From an uncultured Oscillospiraceae bacterium (lineage in GTDB: Bacteria > Bacillota > Clostridia > Oscillospirales > Acutalibacteraceae): a stretch of DNA of 51,610 nt. A program made the translations under genes and the position numbers. The notes under the pieces were generated by a model, which was not told where the DNA came from, did no database searches, and saw only the letters and a program-made list of their open reading frames with translations. The DNA is taken from contig URNF01000001.1 of NCBI GenBank assembly GCA_900549155.1, positions 1 to 51,610 of the forward strand. The letters run 5' to 3'. This document shows positions 24,917 to 34,396 of this stretch, in pieces; the stretch's first letter is position 1, and the number at the start of each line of letters is the position of its first letter.

Positions 24917-27508
24917 TTATCGCACAACCAGCTGTTCGTTTTCGACATCCACCGTGAGATTCGTTCCCGGCGCGGGATCCTTTTCGATGATCTCTCTGCC
25001 GAGCAGTGTTTCCACCTTGCTTTGGATGAAGCGGCGCAGCGGACGCGCGCCGAACTGCGGGTCAAAGCCGTTGTCCACGATGAACGCCTTTGCCGCGGGC
25101 GTGACGGTGCAGGAAAGCTGCTTGTCCGTCAGACGGCGGTTGAGGTCGGCAAGCAACAGGTCGACAATGCCCGTCACCGCTTTCTTGTCGAGCGGATGGT
25201 AATACACAATCTCGTCGAGACGGTTCAGAAACTCCGGACGGAACGAGCGCTTCAAAAGCGCGTCGATCTCCGCTCTCGCCTCGTCGGTGATGCTGCCGTG
25301 CTGCTCCATGCTGTCGAGCAGGATGTTCGAGCCGAGGTTGGACGTCAGGATGATGATGGTGTTCTTGAAATCCACCGTGCGTCCCTGCGAATCGGTGATG
25401 CGCCCGTCGTCCAACACCTGCAACAGGATATTGAACACATCGGGATGCGCCTTTTCCACCTCATCGAACAGCACCACGGAATAGGGCTTTCTGCGCACCG
25501 CTTCGGTGAGCTGACCGCCCTCCTCATAGCCGACATATCCGGGAGGTGCACCAATGAGCCGCGACACGGCGAATTTTTCCATATATTCGCTCATGTCGAT
25601 GCGCACGATGTTCTGTTCATCGTCGAAAAGACACTCCGCAAGCGCCTTGGCAAGCTCCGTCTTGCCGACGCCCGTCGGTCCCAAAAACAGGAACGACCCG
25701 ATCGGACGGTTGGGATCCTGGATGCCCGCTCTGGCACGCAGGATAGCTTCGGAAACGCGCGTCACCGCTTCGTCCTGCCCGATCACGCGGCGATGCAGGA
25801 TTTCTTCCAGGTGCAGCAGCTTGTCCCGCTCGCCTTCCATCAGCCGTGCCACGGGGATGCCCGTCCAGCGTTCCACGATGCGGGCGATCTCCTCGTCCGT
25901 CACCTTGTCCCGCAGATAGCTGCCGTGATGCTCCTCGCTTTCGGCTTCCGCCGCCTGCAGCTGCTTTTGCAGCGTGGGCAGTGTGCCGTATTTCAGCTCG
26001 GCAGCGCGGTTGAGATCGTGGTTCTCCTCGGCACGTTCGATCTCCGCGCCCAGCTTTTCGATCTGTGCGCGCAGACTCTGCACCTTGCCGATCTCCGCTT
26101 TCTCGTTTTCCCACTTCGCCTTTTTCTCCGCCAGGTCGGCGCGCAGCTCGGAAAGCTCCTTTTGAATTTCCTCAAGATGCGCCTGCGCCAGCTTGTCGCT
26201 TTCCTTTTTCAGCGCCGCTTCCTCGATCTCCAGCTGAATGATCTTGCGCTCCACCACGTCCAGCTCGGTGGGCATGGAGTCCATCTCGGTGCGGATCATG
26301 GCGCACGCCTCGTCGATGAGGTCGATCGCCTTGTCCGGCAGGAAACGGTCGGTGATATACCGATGGGACAGCGTCGCAGCGGCAATGATGGCGGAATCCT
26401 GAATTTTCACGCCGTGATAGACCTCATAGCGCTCTTTCAGTCCGCGCAGAATGGCGATGGTGTCCTCAACGGACGGCTCTTCCACCAGCACCGGCTGGAA
26501 CCGTCTTTCAAGCGCGGGGTCCTTTTCGATATACTGGCGGTATTCGTCGAGCGTCGTCGCACCGATACAGTGCAGCTCGCCGCGCGCCAGCATCGGCTTC
26601 AGGAGGTTGCCCGCATCCATCGCGCCGTCGGTCTTGCCCGCGCCGACAATGGTGTGCAGCTCGTCGATGAACAAAAGGATCTTGCCCTCGCTCTTGGCGA
26701 CCTCGCCCAGCACCGCTTTCAGACGCTCCTCAAACTCGCCGCGATATTTCGCGCCCGCGATGAGCGCGCCCATATCCAGCGAAAACACGGTCTTGTCCCG
26801 CAGATTGATCGGAACATCGCCCTTGACGATACGCTGTGCCAGTCCCTCGACGATGGCGGTCTTGCCGACGCCCGGCTCGCCGATGAGCACGGGGTTGTTC
26901 TTCGTCTTGCGGGACAGAATGCGGATGACGTTTCGGATCTCGTCGTCCCGCCCGATGACAGGATCGGTCTTTTTGTCGCGGGCGCGTGCAGTCAGATCCG
27001 CGCCGTATTTTTTCAGCGCGTCATAAGTCGTTTCCGGCGAGTCGCCCGTCACACGGGTGTTGCCCCGCACGGCGGCAAGCGCCTGCAAAAACGCGTCCTT
27101 TTTGATGCCCGCTTCCGACAAAACAGCTGCCGTGTCGCGGTCACCGTTTTCGATGAGCGACAAAAACAGATGCTCCACCGAGACATATTCATCCTTCATG
27201 TTCGCCGCGAGCTTTTCCGCGCCGGACAGCACCGCGTCGGTCGCGGCGGAAATATACACCTTGTCCGGTTCTCTGCCCGGACCGCTCACACGCGGCATGC
27301 CGTCAAGACGGGCGTTCACCCGTCCCGCAAGCGCCGTGGGGTCTTTCCCCATCTTCTGCAGCAGCGACGGGATGAGTCCCTCCTGCTGCGACAAAAGCGC
27401 CGACAGCAAATGCAGCGGTTCTATCTGTATATGTCCGCCCGAAACAGCAAGATCCTGCGCCGTCTGCACGGCTTCCAATGATTTTTGCGTCAATTTCTGT
27501 GCGTTCAT
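24917..27508 (-). CDS. clpB: ATP-dependent chaperone ClpB
   Basis: Two AAA+ modules (GEPGVGKT and GPTGVGKT), a long coiled-coil middle domain and a Clp_N N-terminus. ATG 27508 lies 8 nt after SD AAAGGAG. Confidence 0.97.
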   Translation of the reverse strand: MNAQKLTQKSLEAVQTAQDLAVSGGHIQIEPLHLLSALLSQQEGLIPSLLQKMGKDPTALAGRVNARLDGMPRVSGPGREPDKVYISAATDAVLSGAEKLAANMKDEYVSVEHLFLSLIENGDRDTAAVLSEAGIKKDAFLQALAAVRGNTRVTGDSPETTYDALKKYGADLTARARDKKTDPVIGRDDEIRNVIRILSRKTKNNPVLIGEPGVGKTAIVEGLAQRIVKGDVPINLRDKTVFSLDMGALIAGAKYRGEFEERLKAVLGEVAKSEGKILLFIDELHTIVGAGKTDGAMDAGNLLKPMLARGELHCIGATTLDEYRQYIEKDPALERRFQPVLVEEPSVEDTIAILRGLKERYEVYHGVKIQDSAIIAAATLSHRYITDRFLPDKAIDLIDEACAMIRTEMDSMPTELDVVERKIIQLEIEEAALKKESDKLAQAHLEEIQKELSELRADLAEKKAKWENEKAEIGKVQSLRAQIEKLGAEIERAEENHDLNRAAELKYGTLPTLQKQLQAAEAESEEHHGSYLRDKVTDEEIARIVERWTGIPVARLMEGERDKLLHLEEILHRRVIGQDEAVTRVSEAILRARAGIQDPNRPIGSFLFLGPTGVGKTELAKALAECLFDDEQNIVRIDMSEYMEKFAVSRLIGAPPGYVGYEEGGQLTEAVRRKPYSVVLFDEVEKAHPDVFNILLQVLDDGRITDSQGRTVDFKNTIIILTSNLGSNILLDSMEQHGSITDEARAEIDALLKRSFRPEFLNRLDEIVYYHPLDKKAVTGIVDLLLADLNRRLTDKQLSCTVTPAAKAFIVDNGFDPQFGARPLRRFIQSKVETLLGREIIEKDPAPGTNLTVDVENEQLVVR

Positions 27509-27575
27509 ATGCATCACTCCTTTTTCTTATACTATACGCCCTTTCTCCCGAAAATTTGTAACGAAATTGTAAAAA

Positions 27576-27602
27576 TTAGCACTCTGACGTAAAGAGTGCT
27601 AA
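27576..27602. promoter_or_regulatory. CIRCE operator (HrcA binding site)
   Basis: TTAGCACTC-TGACGTAAA-GAGTGCTAA matches the TTAGCACTC-N9-GAGTGCTAA consensus exactly. It lies 68 nt upstream of the clpB start, in the divergent intergenic region. Confidence 0.9.
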
Positions 27603-27617
27603 AACCGCAAAATCTTC

Positions 27618-27646
27618 TTGCACTTCCCCTGAAAAGATGGTATGAT
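27618..27646 (+). promoter_or_regulatory. Sigma-A-like promoter of the dnaB/dnaI-like operon
   Basis: TTGCAC, 17-nt spacer, TATGAT. Confidence 0.5.
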
Positions 27647-27681
27647 AAAGTGTAATTTTGTACCATAGGGGGTGGCGGCAT

Positions 27682-28665
27682 ATGGCATGGCGCTGGGATC
27701 CTGCGGCGCTGTGCAGCGTATGCGTGCTGCCCGCTGCCGCCGTGCGGGAGCATATCGGGCTGGCAAGCCCGCTGCAATGGCGCGTGCTGCTGCAATTTGC
27801 GGCAGACGGCGACGCATTTGATCTGTGCACCTGCGCAAAGGTGCTGCATAAACCGATCGACGCCGTCGAGGAAGCGCTGCAATATTGGAAAAACGCCGGC
27901 ATCCTCATCGGCGAGGGAGAGCCCGCGCCGAAAAAAGCGCCCGCTCCCGCCGAAGAACCGGAGACGCCCCCCGTCCCCGTCGCACGGCCGCAGCCCGTGA
28001 AGCCGCAAATGGCGGAGGTGCTGCAAAAGCAGAAAGAGGACGAGACGTTTTCAAACCTGCTTTTCTCGGTCTCGGCGCGCTTCGGCAAGCCCATCACGCC
28101 GGGCAACATGGAAACGCTTTTATATCTATATGACACGGCAGGCATCCCCGCCGATGTGATCCTTTTGGTGGTCGCCTATGCCGTGGCGCGCGGCAAAATC
28201 AACATGCGCTATGTCGAGACGGTCGCGCTGGGCTGGCTGGACGACGGCATCAACACGCTGCCCGCCGCCGAGGAATATCTGCGCATCCTTGAACAAAAGG
28301 ATGACGCCGCCGCCCGCGTGCGCCGCATTCTGGGGCGGGCGCGCGAGCTTGACAGCCGCAGCCGCAACATGGCGCACACCTGGCTGTATGTGTGGAACAT
28401 GTCAGAGGAGCTGGTGACGGTGGCGCTGCGCTATGCCGTCGATAACGGCAAGCCCCCCGTCCCCTATGCCAACGCCATTCTGACCGACTGGCACGAAAAC
28501 GGCATCACCGATCCCGAAGAAGCGAAAAAGGCGCTCACGCGCAGCATAAAGCCCGCCGCCAAAAGGCGCGCGCAAACAGAGGAAAGCTCGCTTGACCTCA
28601 AGGGCTATGAGCAGCTGTTGGAGGACTATGTCCCCTCACTGCCCGCCGACAAAGAAAAGAGTTGA
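27682..28665 (+). CDS. DnaD-domain replication initiation/helicase-loading protein (B. subtilis DnaB-like)
   Basis: Two DnaB_2/DnaD-like repeats (ITPGNMETLLYLYDTAGIPADVILLVVAYAV... and WLYVWNMSEELVTVALRYAVDNGK...YANAILTDWHENGI). It sits next to the DnaI-like gene. Confidence 0.8.
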   Translation: MAWRWDPAALCSVCVLPAAAVREHIGLASPLQWRVLLQFAADGDAFDLCTCAKVLHKPIDAVEEALQYWKNAGILIGEGEPAPKKAPAPAEEPETPPVPVARPQPVKPQMAEVLQKQKEDETFSNLLFSVSARFGKPITPGNMETLLYLYDTAGIPADVILLVVAYAVARGKINMRYVETVALGWLDDGINTLPAAEEYLRILEQKDDAAARVRRILGRARELDSRSRNMAHTWLYVWNMSEELVTVALRYAVDNGKPPVPYANAILTDWHENGITDPEEAKKALTRSIKPAAKRRAQTEESSLDLKGYEQLLEDYVPSLPADKEKS

Positions 28666-28670
28666 AAAAA

Positions 28671-29660
28671 ATGGCATATGATCCGGAAATTTATGCCGCC
28701 GCCGTGAAAACGCTGGCGGATCGCCGCGCGGCAGCGGAGCAAAACGCTGCCGTCCTGCGGACAAAGGCGTGTGCGCAGTTCCCGCGGCTCAAAGAGATCG
28801 ACACGGCGCTTGCCGCCACCGGCACGCAGATCGCCCATGCCATTTTGGAGGGCGGCGACATCGACGCCGCCATCGCCCGCATCCAGGCGGAGAACGAACG
28901 GCTGCAGGCGGAAATGGCGGACATTCTGCAAAAGGGCGGCTTCGGCGTGCGCAATTTCACGCCGCACTACACCTGCCCCGTCTGCGACGACACCGGCTAT
29001 CACGGCGGCAAAATGTGCGCCTGTCTCATGCGGCTTCTGAAGGAGCAGGCGGCAGCGCGGGTGTGCAAGGGGCTGTCGAAGGACCCGAAACGGTTTTCCG
29101 ATCTTTCGCTTGCCTATTATGACGACACGCCGTCCGCCGAACGGGCGCTTTCCCCGCGCGAGCGGATGCGCCGCATTTTTGCCTATTGCGAACAATATGC
29201 CGCCGCCTTTTCCGTCCACGCGCCGTCGCTTTTGCTGCGCGGGGCAACGGGAACGGGCAAAACGCATGTGTCCCTCGCCATCGCGGGGGAGGTCGCGGAA
29301 AACGGCTTTTCGGTTGTCTATCAACCGGCGGGACGGCTTTTCGGGCTTCTCGAGGAAGAACATTTCGGCAGACGCAGCGGCAACACGCTGGAAACGGCGC
29401 TGTCCTGCGACCTTTTGGTGATCGACGACCTGGGCACGGAGTTTGAAACCTCGTTTGTCGCCGCCACCTTATATACCATTATCAATACCCGCATGCTGGA
29501 CGGGCTGCCCACCGTCATCAGCACCAACCTCACACAGGAAGGTCTGCAGAGCCGCTACGGCGATCAGACCGTTTCCCGCATCACCGGCGCCTATGAGCCG
29601 CTTCTGTTTGTCGGCAAGGACATCCGACAGCAAAAGCGCACCGCCGCCATGCGGAACTGA
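28671..29660 (+). CDS. DnaI/DnaC-like helicase loader ATPase
   Basis: Zinc-binding N-terminal segment CPVCDDTGYHGGKMCAC, Walker A GATGTGKTH, Walker B LLVIDDLG. The start may alternatively be TTG 28662. Confidence 0.8.
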   Translation: MAYDPEIYAAAVKTLADRRAAAEQNAAVLRTKACAQFPRLKEIDTALAATGTQIAHAILEGGDIDAAIARIQAENERLQAEMADILQKGGFGVRNFTPHYTCPVCDDTGYHGGKMCACLMRLLKEQAAARVCKGLSKDPKRFSDLSLAYYDDTPSAERALSPRERMRRIFAYCEQYAAAFSVHAPSLLLRGATGTGKTHVSLAIAGEVAENGFSVVYQPAGRLFGLLEEEHFGRRSGNTLETALSCDLLVIDDLGTEFETSFVAATLYTIINTRMLDGLPTVISTNLTQEGLQSRYGDQTVSRITGAYEPLLFVGKDIRQQKRTAAMRN

Positions 29661-29677
29661 CGAAAGGAGCAATCGTG

Positions 29678-31318
29678 ATGGAAGAAAAACTGTGCATGAA
29701 CTGTATGCAGCCGCTCGCAGACGAGGACACCGCCTGCCCGCACTGCCACTATGCGACAAACAAGCAGAACCCGCAGGGCTATCTCCCCGCAGGAAGCCTG
29801 CTTTCCGATCATTACATGGTGGGCAGAGCGCTCGGCTCCTACGGCGATGCCTGTATCTACATAGGCTATGACAAGCTGCTCAAGGAGCGGGTGTATATCC
29901 GCGAATTTTTTCCGGCAGATTTCTGCGAACGCACCCGCGACGGCAGCGTTGTGCCCGTCGACGGCAAGGAGGACGCGTTCGACACCTGCCGCGAGAGCTT
30001 TCTCACCAACGTGCGTGCGCTGGCAAAGCTCAAGGATCTGCCGTCGCTTTTGCCGCTGTATGACATCTTCGACGAGCACAACACCGTCTATGCCGTCAGC
30101 GATTATTGCGAGGGCGTGTCCCTTGCCCGCGAGCTGAAAACGCGCGGCAGGATCCCCTATGCGGAGCTGCGCCCGCTGTTCATGCAGCTTTTGAGCTCGC
30201 TTTCCACCCTGCACCGCGCGGGGGTGTGCCATCTTGCCATCTGCCCCGACACCATTCTCATCGCCCCCGACGGCAAGCTGCGGCTGCGCAGCTTTGCCAT
30301 CCCGCAGGCGCGCACCACCGGCTCGCCCATCAAGCCGCGCCTTTCGGCGGGCTTCTCCGCGCCGGAGCAGTATGCCCCGCGCAGAGCCTGCGGTGAGGCA
30401 GCGGATGTCTATGGCGTTGCCGCAACCCTTTTCTGCGCCCTGACGGGCAACACACCGCCCGAAGCGCCGCAGCGTGCACGCGGCGCGCAGGATCTGTTCC
30501 TGCCTGCCGAGGTTGCCGAGGAGCTGCCGGAAAATGTGGGGCTGGCGCTGTTCAACGCCCTGCAGCCCGATCCCGACAAGCGCATCGGCACCATTGAGGA
30601 ATTTCGCCAGGCGCTGACCGCTGAGCCTGCCGTCAACGCCCTTTTGGAGGACGAGGAGGAAGAAGAGGAAGCGGCGAAAAAGCCCGCGGAAAAGAAAAAT
30701 CATTATCCGCTGTATATCGGTATCGCGGTGTTTGTCGTGCTGGCGGTGCTGGCAGGCATCCTTTTGATGGTGCTGTTCCCGAAAACGCCGACACCCTCGC
30801 CCTCCGACACCGTCCCCACCACGACGACGCTGCCGTCCAAAGCTCCGACCACCTATGTCGATCCGACAAACAGCTATTCCATCCCGCCGGTGGTCGGCAA
30901 AAACTATTTCACCGAGAAAAACAACACCATGACCGGCGACTTCAAGCTGGAAGTGCAATATATGCAGTATGACAAGAGCAAGGCAAAGGGCGTCATCCTG
31001 TCGCAGGAGCCCGCTGCGGGCACTGCCGCTGCCGCCGAGACCGTCATCAAGGTCGTCATCAGCATGGGCTCCGAGGAGCTTTCCGTGCCCGATGTCGCCG
31101 GCTGGCCGCAGGAATATGCCGTGAAATATCTCGAAGCGCTGGGCTTCAAGGTCGACGTGCTGACCGTCAATGTGTCCACCTATGAAAAGGGTCTGTGCGA
31201 AGGCACCGACCCCGTCAAGGGCACCAAGCTCTCCGTCGGCGACACCGTCACCCTGCGGGTGAGCAACATGGAAAAAACCGAACCGTCCGCCGACGCGACC
31301 GACGGCGACACCGACTGA
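29678..31318 (+). CDS. Zinc-ribbon / Ser-Thr-kinase-like pseudokinase / TM / 2x PASTA membrane protein
   Basis: Kinase-fold landmarks are retained (SAPEQY, DVYGVAATLFCALTG) but the catalytic positions are substituted (VYIR for VAIK, HLAICPDT for HRDxKPxN, SFA for DFG). The N-terminus has CMNC...CPHC, followed by a TM helix and two PASTA-like repeats. Confidence 0.8.
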   Translation: MEEKLCMNCMQPLADEDTACPHCHYATNKQNPQGYLPAGSLLSDHYMVGRALGSYGDACIYIGYDKLLKERVYIREFFPADFCERTRDGSVVPVDGKEDAFDTCRESFLTNVRALAKLKDLPSLLPLYDIFDEHNTVYAVSDYCEGVSLARELKTRGRIPYAELRPLFMQLLSSLSTLHRAGVCHLAICPDTILIAPDGKLRLRSFAIPQARTTGSPIKPRLSAGFSAPEQYAPRRACGEAADVYGVAATLFCALTGNTPPEAPQRARGAQDLFLPAEVAEELPENVGLALFNALQPDPDKRIGTIEEFRQALTAEPAVNALLEDEEEEEEAAKKPAEKKNHYPLYIGIAVFVVLAVLAGILLMVLFPKTPTPSPSDTVPTTTTLPSKAPTTYVDPTNSYSIPPVVGKNYFTEKNNTMTGDFKLEVQYMQYDKSKAKGVILSQEPAAGTAAAAETVIKVVISMGSEELSVPDVAGWPQEYAVKYLEALGFKVDVLTVNVSTYEKGLCEGTDPVKGTKLSVGDTVTLRVSNMEKTEPSADATDGDTD

Positions 31319-31332
31319 GAAAGGACATTCCT

Positions 31333-32607
31333 ATGGCACAAGTATTTCCGTTCGCCGCGCTGCGGTTTTCCGACAAAGCCGGCGACATTGCAAAGCTGAC
31401 CTGCCCGCCCTATGACATCATTTCCGAGGAACAGCGCAAAGCCTATCTTGCGGAAAATCCCCACAACATCATCCGCCTGGAGCTGCCGCGTGACGGTGAG
31501 GATCCCTATGCCGTCGCCGGAGAAACGCTGAAAAGCTGGCTCGAGAGCGGCATCCTCAAAAAGGACGACGCCGCAGCGTTTTATATCTATGCCATCGACT
31601 TCACCGTTGACGGTGAGCAAAAATCCATTGCCGGTCTTGTCGGCAGGGTGCGGCTCACGCCGTTTTCCGCGGGTGTCGTGCTGCCGCACGAGGAAACGCT
31701 TTCCAAGGCAAAGGCGGACCGCCTGCAGCTTATGCGGGCGACCGGCTGCAATTTCAGCAACATCTATTCCCTCTATCGTGAGGACGATGCGGCATCGCCG
31801 CTGCACGATGTGACGGCGCTCACCGAAAAGGCGGCGCTTTTGCACGACATGACCGATGAAAACGGACTGCGCCACCGCCTGTGGGCGATCACGGACAAGA
31901 CCGAAACGGCGGCGATCACGGCGGCGTTTGCGGACAAAAAGCTGTATATCGCCGACGGCCACCATCGCTATGAAACCGCGCTCAACTATCGGTGCGAGCT
32001 GGAAGAGGCGGGCAAGCCGACAGAGAACGCCGACTGCTGCATGATGATGCTGGTGGAAATGAGCCACGAGGGACTGTGGGTGTTCCCCACCCACCGCGTG
32101 CTGCACGACATCGCCGATTTCTCCGGTGAAAAGCTGCTCTCCGCCTGTGCGGAATATTTCCGCATTGAAGCGATGCCCGCCGAGGCGCTTTCCGAGGGGC
32201 TGCGCGCCGCCTATGCCGCGCACAAAACCGCTTTCGGCTTCTTCGACGGCAGAGAAAGCTGTCTTTTGACGCTGAAGGACGAGACGGTGATGGACGCGCT
32301 GCTGCCCGCCCTTTCCCCTGCGTCGCGCCATCTCGACGTCACCGTGCTGCACACGCTCATTTTGGAGCGGCTTTTGGGCATTGACAAGCAGAACATGGCA
32401 AACGGCACAAACCTCACCTACACCCGCGACGCCGCCGAGGCGGTGCATGCGGTGCGCACGGAGAAAGCCGATGCCTGCTTCCTTCTGAATCCCACCCGCG
32501 TTGAGGAGATCCGCGACGTGGCGGCGGCAGGCGAAAAGATGCCGCAAAAGTCTACCTATTTCTATCCGAAGCTCATCACGGGACTGACCGTCAACCCGCT
32601 TTTCTGA
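31333..32607 (+). CDS. DUF1015 family protein
   Basis: Family hallmarks as I recall them: N-terminal FPFAALRF...PPYDIIS and ADGHHRYETAL. Confidence 0.8.
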   Translation: MAQVFPFAALRFSDKAGDIAKLTCPPYDIISEEQRKAYLAENPHNIIRLELPRDGEDPYAVAGETLKSWLESGILKKDDAAAFYIYAIDFTVDGEQKSIAGLVGRVRLTPFSAGVVLPHEETLSKAKADRLQLMRATGCNFSNIYSLYREDDAASPLHDVTALTEKAALLHDMTDENGLRHRLWAITDKTETAAITAAFADKKLYIADGHHRYETALNYRCELEEAGKPTENADCCMMMLVEMSHEGLWVFPTHRVLHDIADFSGEKLLSACAEYFRIEAMPAEALSEGLRAAYAAHKTAFGFFDGRESCLLTLKDETVMDALLPALSPASRHLDVTVLHTLILERLLGIDKQNMANGTNLTYTRDAAEAVHAVRTEKADACFLLNPTRVEEIRDVAAAGEKMPQKSTYFYPKLITGLTVNPLF

Positions 32608-32712
32608 AAAAACACCCGATGCACACATAAGCGTTATATACTGTTTACAAATACAACCGGTGGAACCGGTAGAATAAAATAGTAGTACTATTTGTAGGAG
32701 GCGTCACAATAC

Positions 32713-33672
32713 ATGATCGATGTGCAAAATCTGACCAAGAACTACGGCACACACTGCGCCGTGGATCACATCAGCTTTCATGTCAACGAGGGCGAGATCC
32801 TCGGCTTTCTCGGACCGAACGGTGCGGGCAAGTCCACGACGATGAACATGCTGACAGGCTATCTTTCGTCCACCGACGGTGCGGTGAAGATCGGCGGCTA
32901 TGACATTCTGGAGGATCCGAATGCCGCCAAGGCAAACATCGGCTATCTGCCGGAGCAGCCGCCGCTGTATATGGACATGACCGTGCGGGAATATCTGAAC
33001 TTCATGTATGAGCTGAAAAAGTGCACGCTGCCGCGTGCCCAGCACATTGCGGAGATCTGCAAGATCATGAAGATCGACCATGTCTACGGCAGATTGATCA
33101 AAAACCTTTCCAAAGGCTACCGCCAGCGTGTCGGCATGGCGCAGGCGCTCATCGGCAACCCGCCGGTGCTGATCCTGGACGAGCCGACCGTCGGTCTCGA
33201 CCCGTCGCAGATCGTGGAGATCCGCGCGCTCATTAAGGCGCTCGGCAAAAAGCACACGGTCATTCTCTCGTCGCACATTCTGCCCGAGGTGGAAGCGGTG
33301 TGTGACCGTCTGGTGATCATCAGCGGCGGCAGGATCGTCGCCGACGACACGGCGGACAATCTTATCCGCAGCTATTCCTCCGACCGCCGCCTGATGGTGC
33401 GGGTGGCAGGTCCCGCCTTTGAGGTCGAAAAGCTCATCCACGGCATCGAGGGCGTCAAGTCGGTGCATCCCCTCACCTCGCACGAAAGCGGCACGACGGA
33501 TTTTGCCGTCGAGCTGAAGGAGGGCGCGGACATCCGCTATGCCCTGTTCAACAAGCTCGCGGAAAACAAATATCCGCTGCTTTCGTCCAAATCCATGGAG
33601 CGCTCGCTTGAAGACATCTTCATGACGCTCACGTCGGAAAACTTTTCCGCAAAAAAGAGAGGTGATCGGTAA
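32713..33672 (+). CDS. ABC-2-type transporter ATP-binding protein (GldA-like)
   Basis: Walker A GPNGAGKST, signature LSKGYRQRVGMAQAL, Walker B LILDEPTVGLD. SD GTAGGAGG. Confidence 0.9.
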   Translation: MIDVQNLTKNYGTHCAVDHISFHVNEGEILGFLGPNGAGKSTTMNMLTGYLSSTDGAVKIGGYDILEDPNAAKANIGYLPEQPPLYMDMTVREYLNFMYELKKCTLPRAQHIAEICKIMKIDHVYGRLIKNLSKGYRQRVGMAQALIGNPPVLILDEPTVGLDPSQIVEIRALIKALGKKHTVILSSHILPEVEAVCDRLVIISGGRIVADDTADNLIRSYSSDRRLMVRVAGPAFEVEKLIHGIEGVKSVHPLTSHESGTTDFAVELKEGADIRYALFNKLAENKYPLLSSKSMERSLEDIFMTLTSENFSAKKRGDR

Positions 33673-34382
33673 TGCGTGCCGTCTTCCGTAAAGAATTCCG
33701 TTCCTATTTTACCTCGCCGATCGGGTTCGTTGTTTTGGCATTCATCTACTTTTTCGGCAGCTTTTCCTTCTTTGCCTACAACATGACCTACGGCTACATC
33801 TCGCTGCAGTATGTGTTCCAGAGTCTCTACAGCATTTTGCTGCTTTTGGTGCTGCCCATTCTGACCATGCGGCTGTTCAGCGATGAAAAACGGCAAAAGA
33901 CCGATCAGGCGCTGTTCACCGCACCGACGTCGCTGACGTCCATCGTGCTGGGCAAATTCTTCGCCGCACTGCTTTTGTATGTCATCGGCATCGGCATCAC
34001 GCTTGTGTATGCCGTCATCATCGCCTTCAAGGCTTCTCCCGACTGGCTCGTGGTGGGCGGCAACTTCCTCGGACTGTTGCTGCTCGGCGGCATGATTATC
34101 GCCATCGGTCTTTTGGTCTCCTGCCTCACGGAAAGCCAGTTCATCGCCGTCATCGGCACATTCGGCATTTCCCTTGCGCTGCTGCTTGTCGACAGTCTCA
34201 GCACCTTTTTCCAGAGCGTCGACTGGATCGCACCGGTCGTGAGCTTTTTGTCGGTCTCGCAGCGCTATGCCGGCTTCACCACCGGTCTTGTCCGCTACAA
34301 TGATGTGATCTTCTTTTTGAGCATGACGGCGATGTTCCTGTTCCTCGCCGTGCGCGTGCTCGATCGCAAGAGATGGAACTGA
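33672..34382 (+). CDS. ABC-2 family permease (GldF-like)
   Basis: 236-aa six-TM protein. Its start overlaps the ATPase stop. Confidence 0.85.
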   Translation: MRAVFRKEFRSYFTSPIGFVVLAFIYFFGSFSFFAYNMTYGYISLQYVFQSLYSILLLLVLPILTMRLFSDEKRQKTDQALFTAPTSLTSIVLGKFFAALLLYVIGIGITLVYAVIIAFKASPDWLVVGGNFLGLLLLGGMIIAIGLLVSCLTESQFIAVIGTFGISLALLLVDSLSTFFQSVDWIAPVVSFLSVSQRYAGFTTGLVRYNDVIFFLSMTAMFLFLAVRVLDRKRWN

Positions 34383-34396
34383 AAGGGGGCTTTTGC

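Noticed and set aside
25022-27481. 819-aa plus-strand ORF opposite clpB.
   Set aside because: The minus strand encodes an unmistakable ClpB with two Walker A motifs. The antisense ORF is an R/L/A/G-rich artefact.
29591-32628. Minus-strand ORFs of 455 and 482 aa opposite the pseudokinase and DUF1015 genes.
   Set aside because: They have no SD or motifs and an Arg/Gly/Ala-rich composition. The plus-strand frames carry clear family signatures.
32644-32675. TTTACA ... TAGAAT as the promoter of the ABC-2 operon.
   Set aside because: The spacer is 20 nt, too long for a confident sigma-A call.
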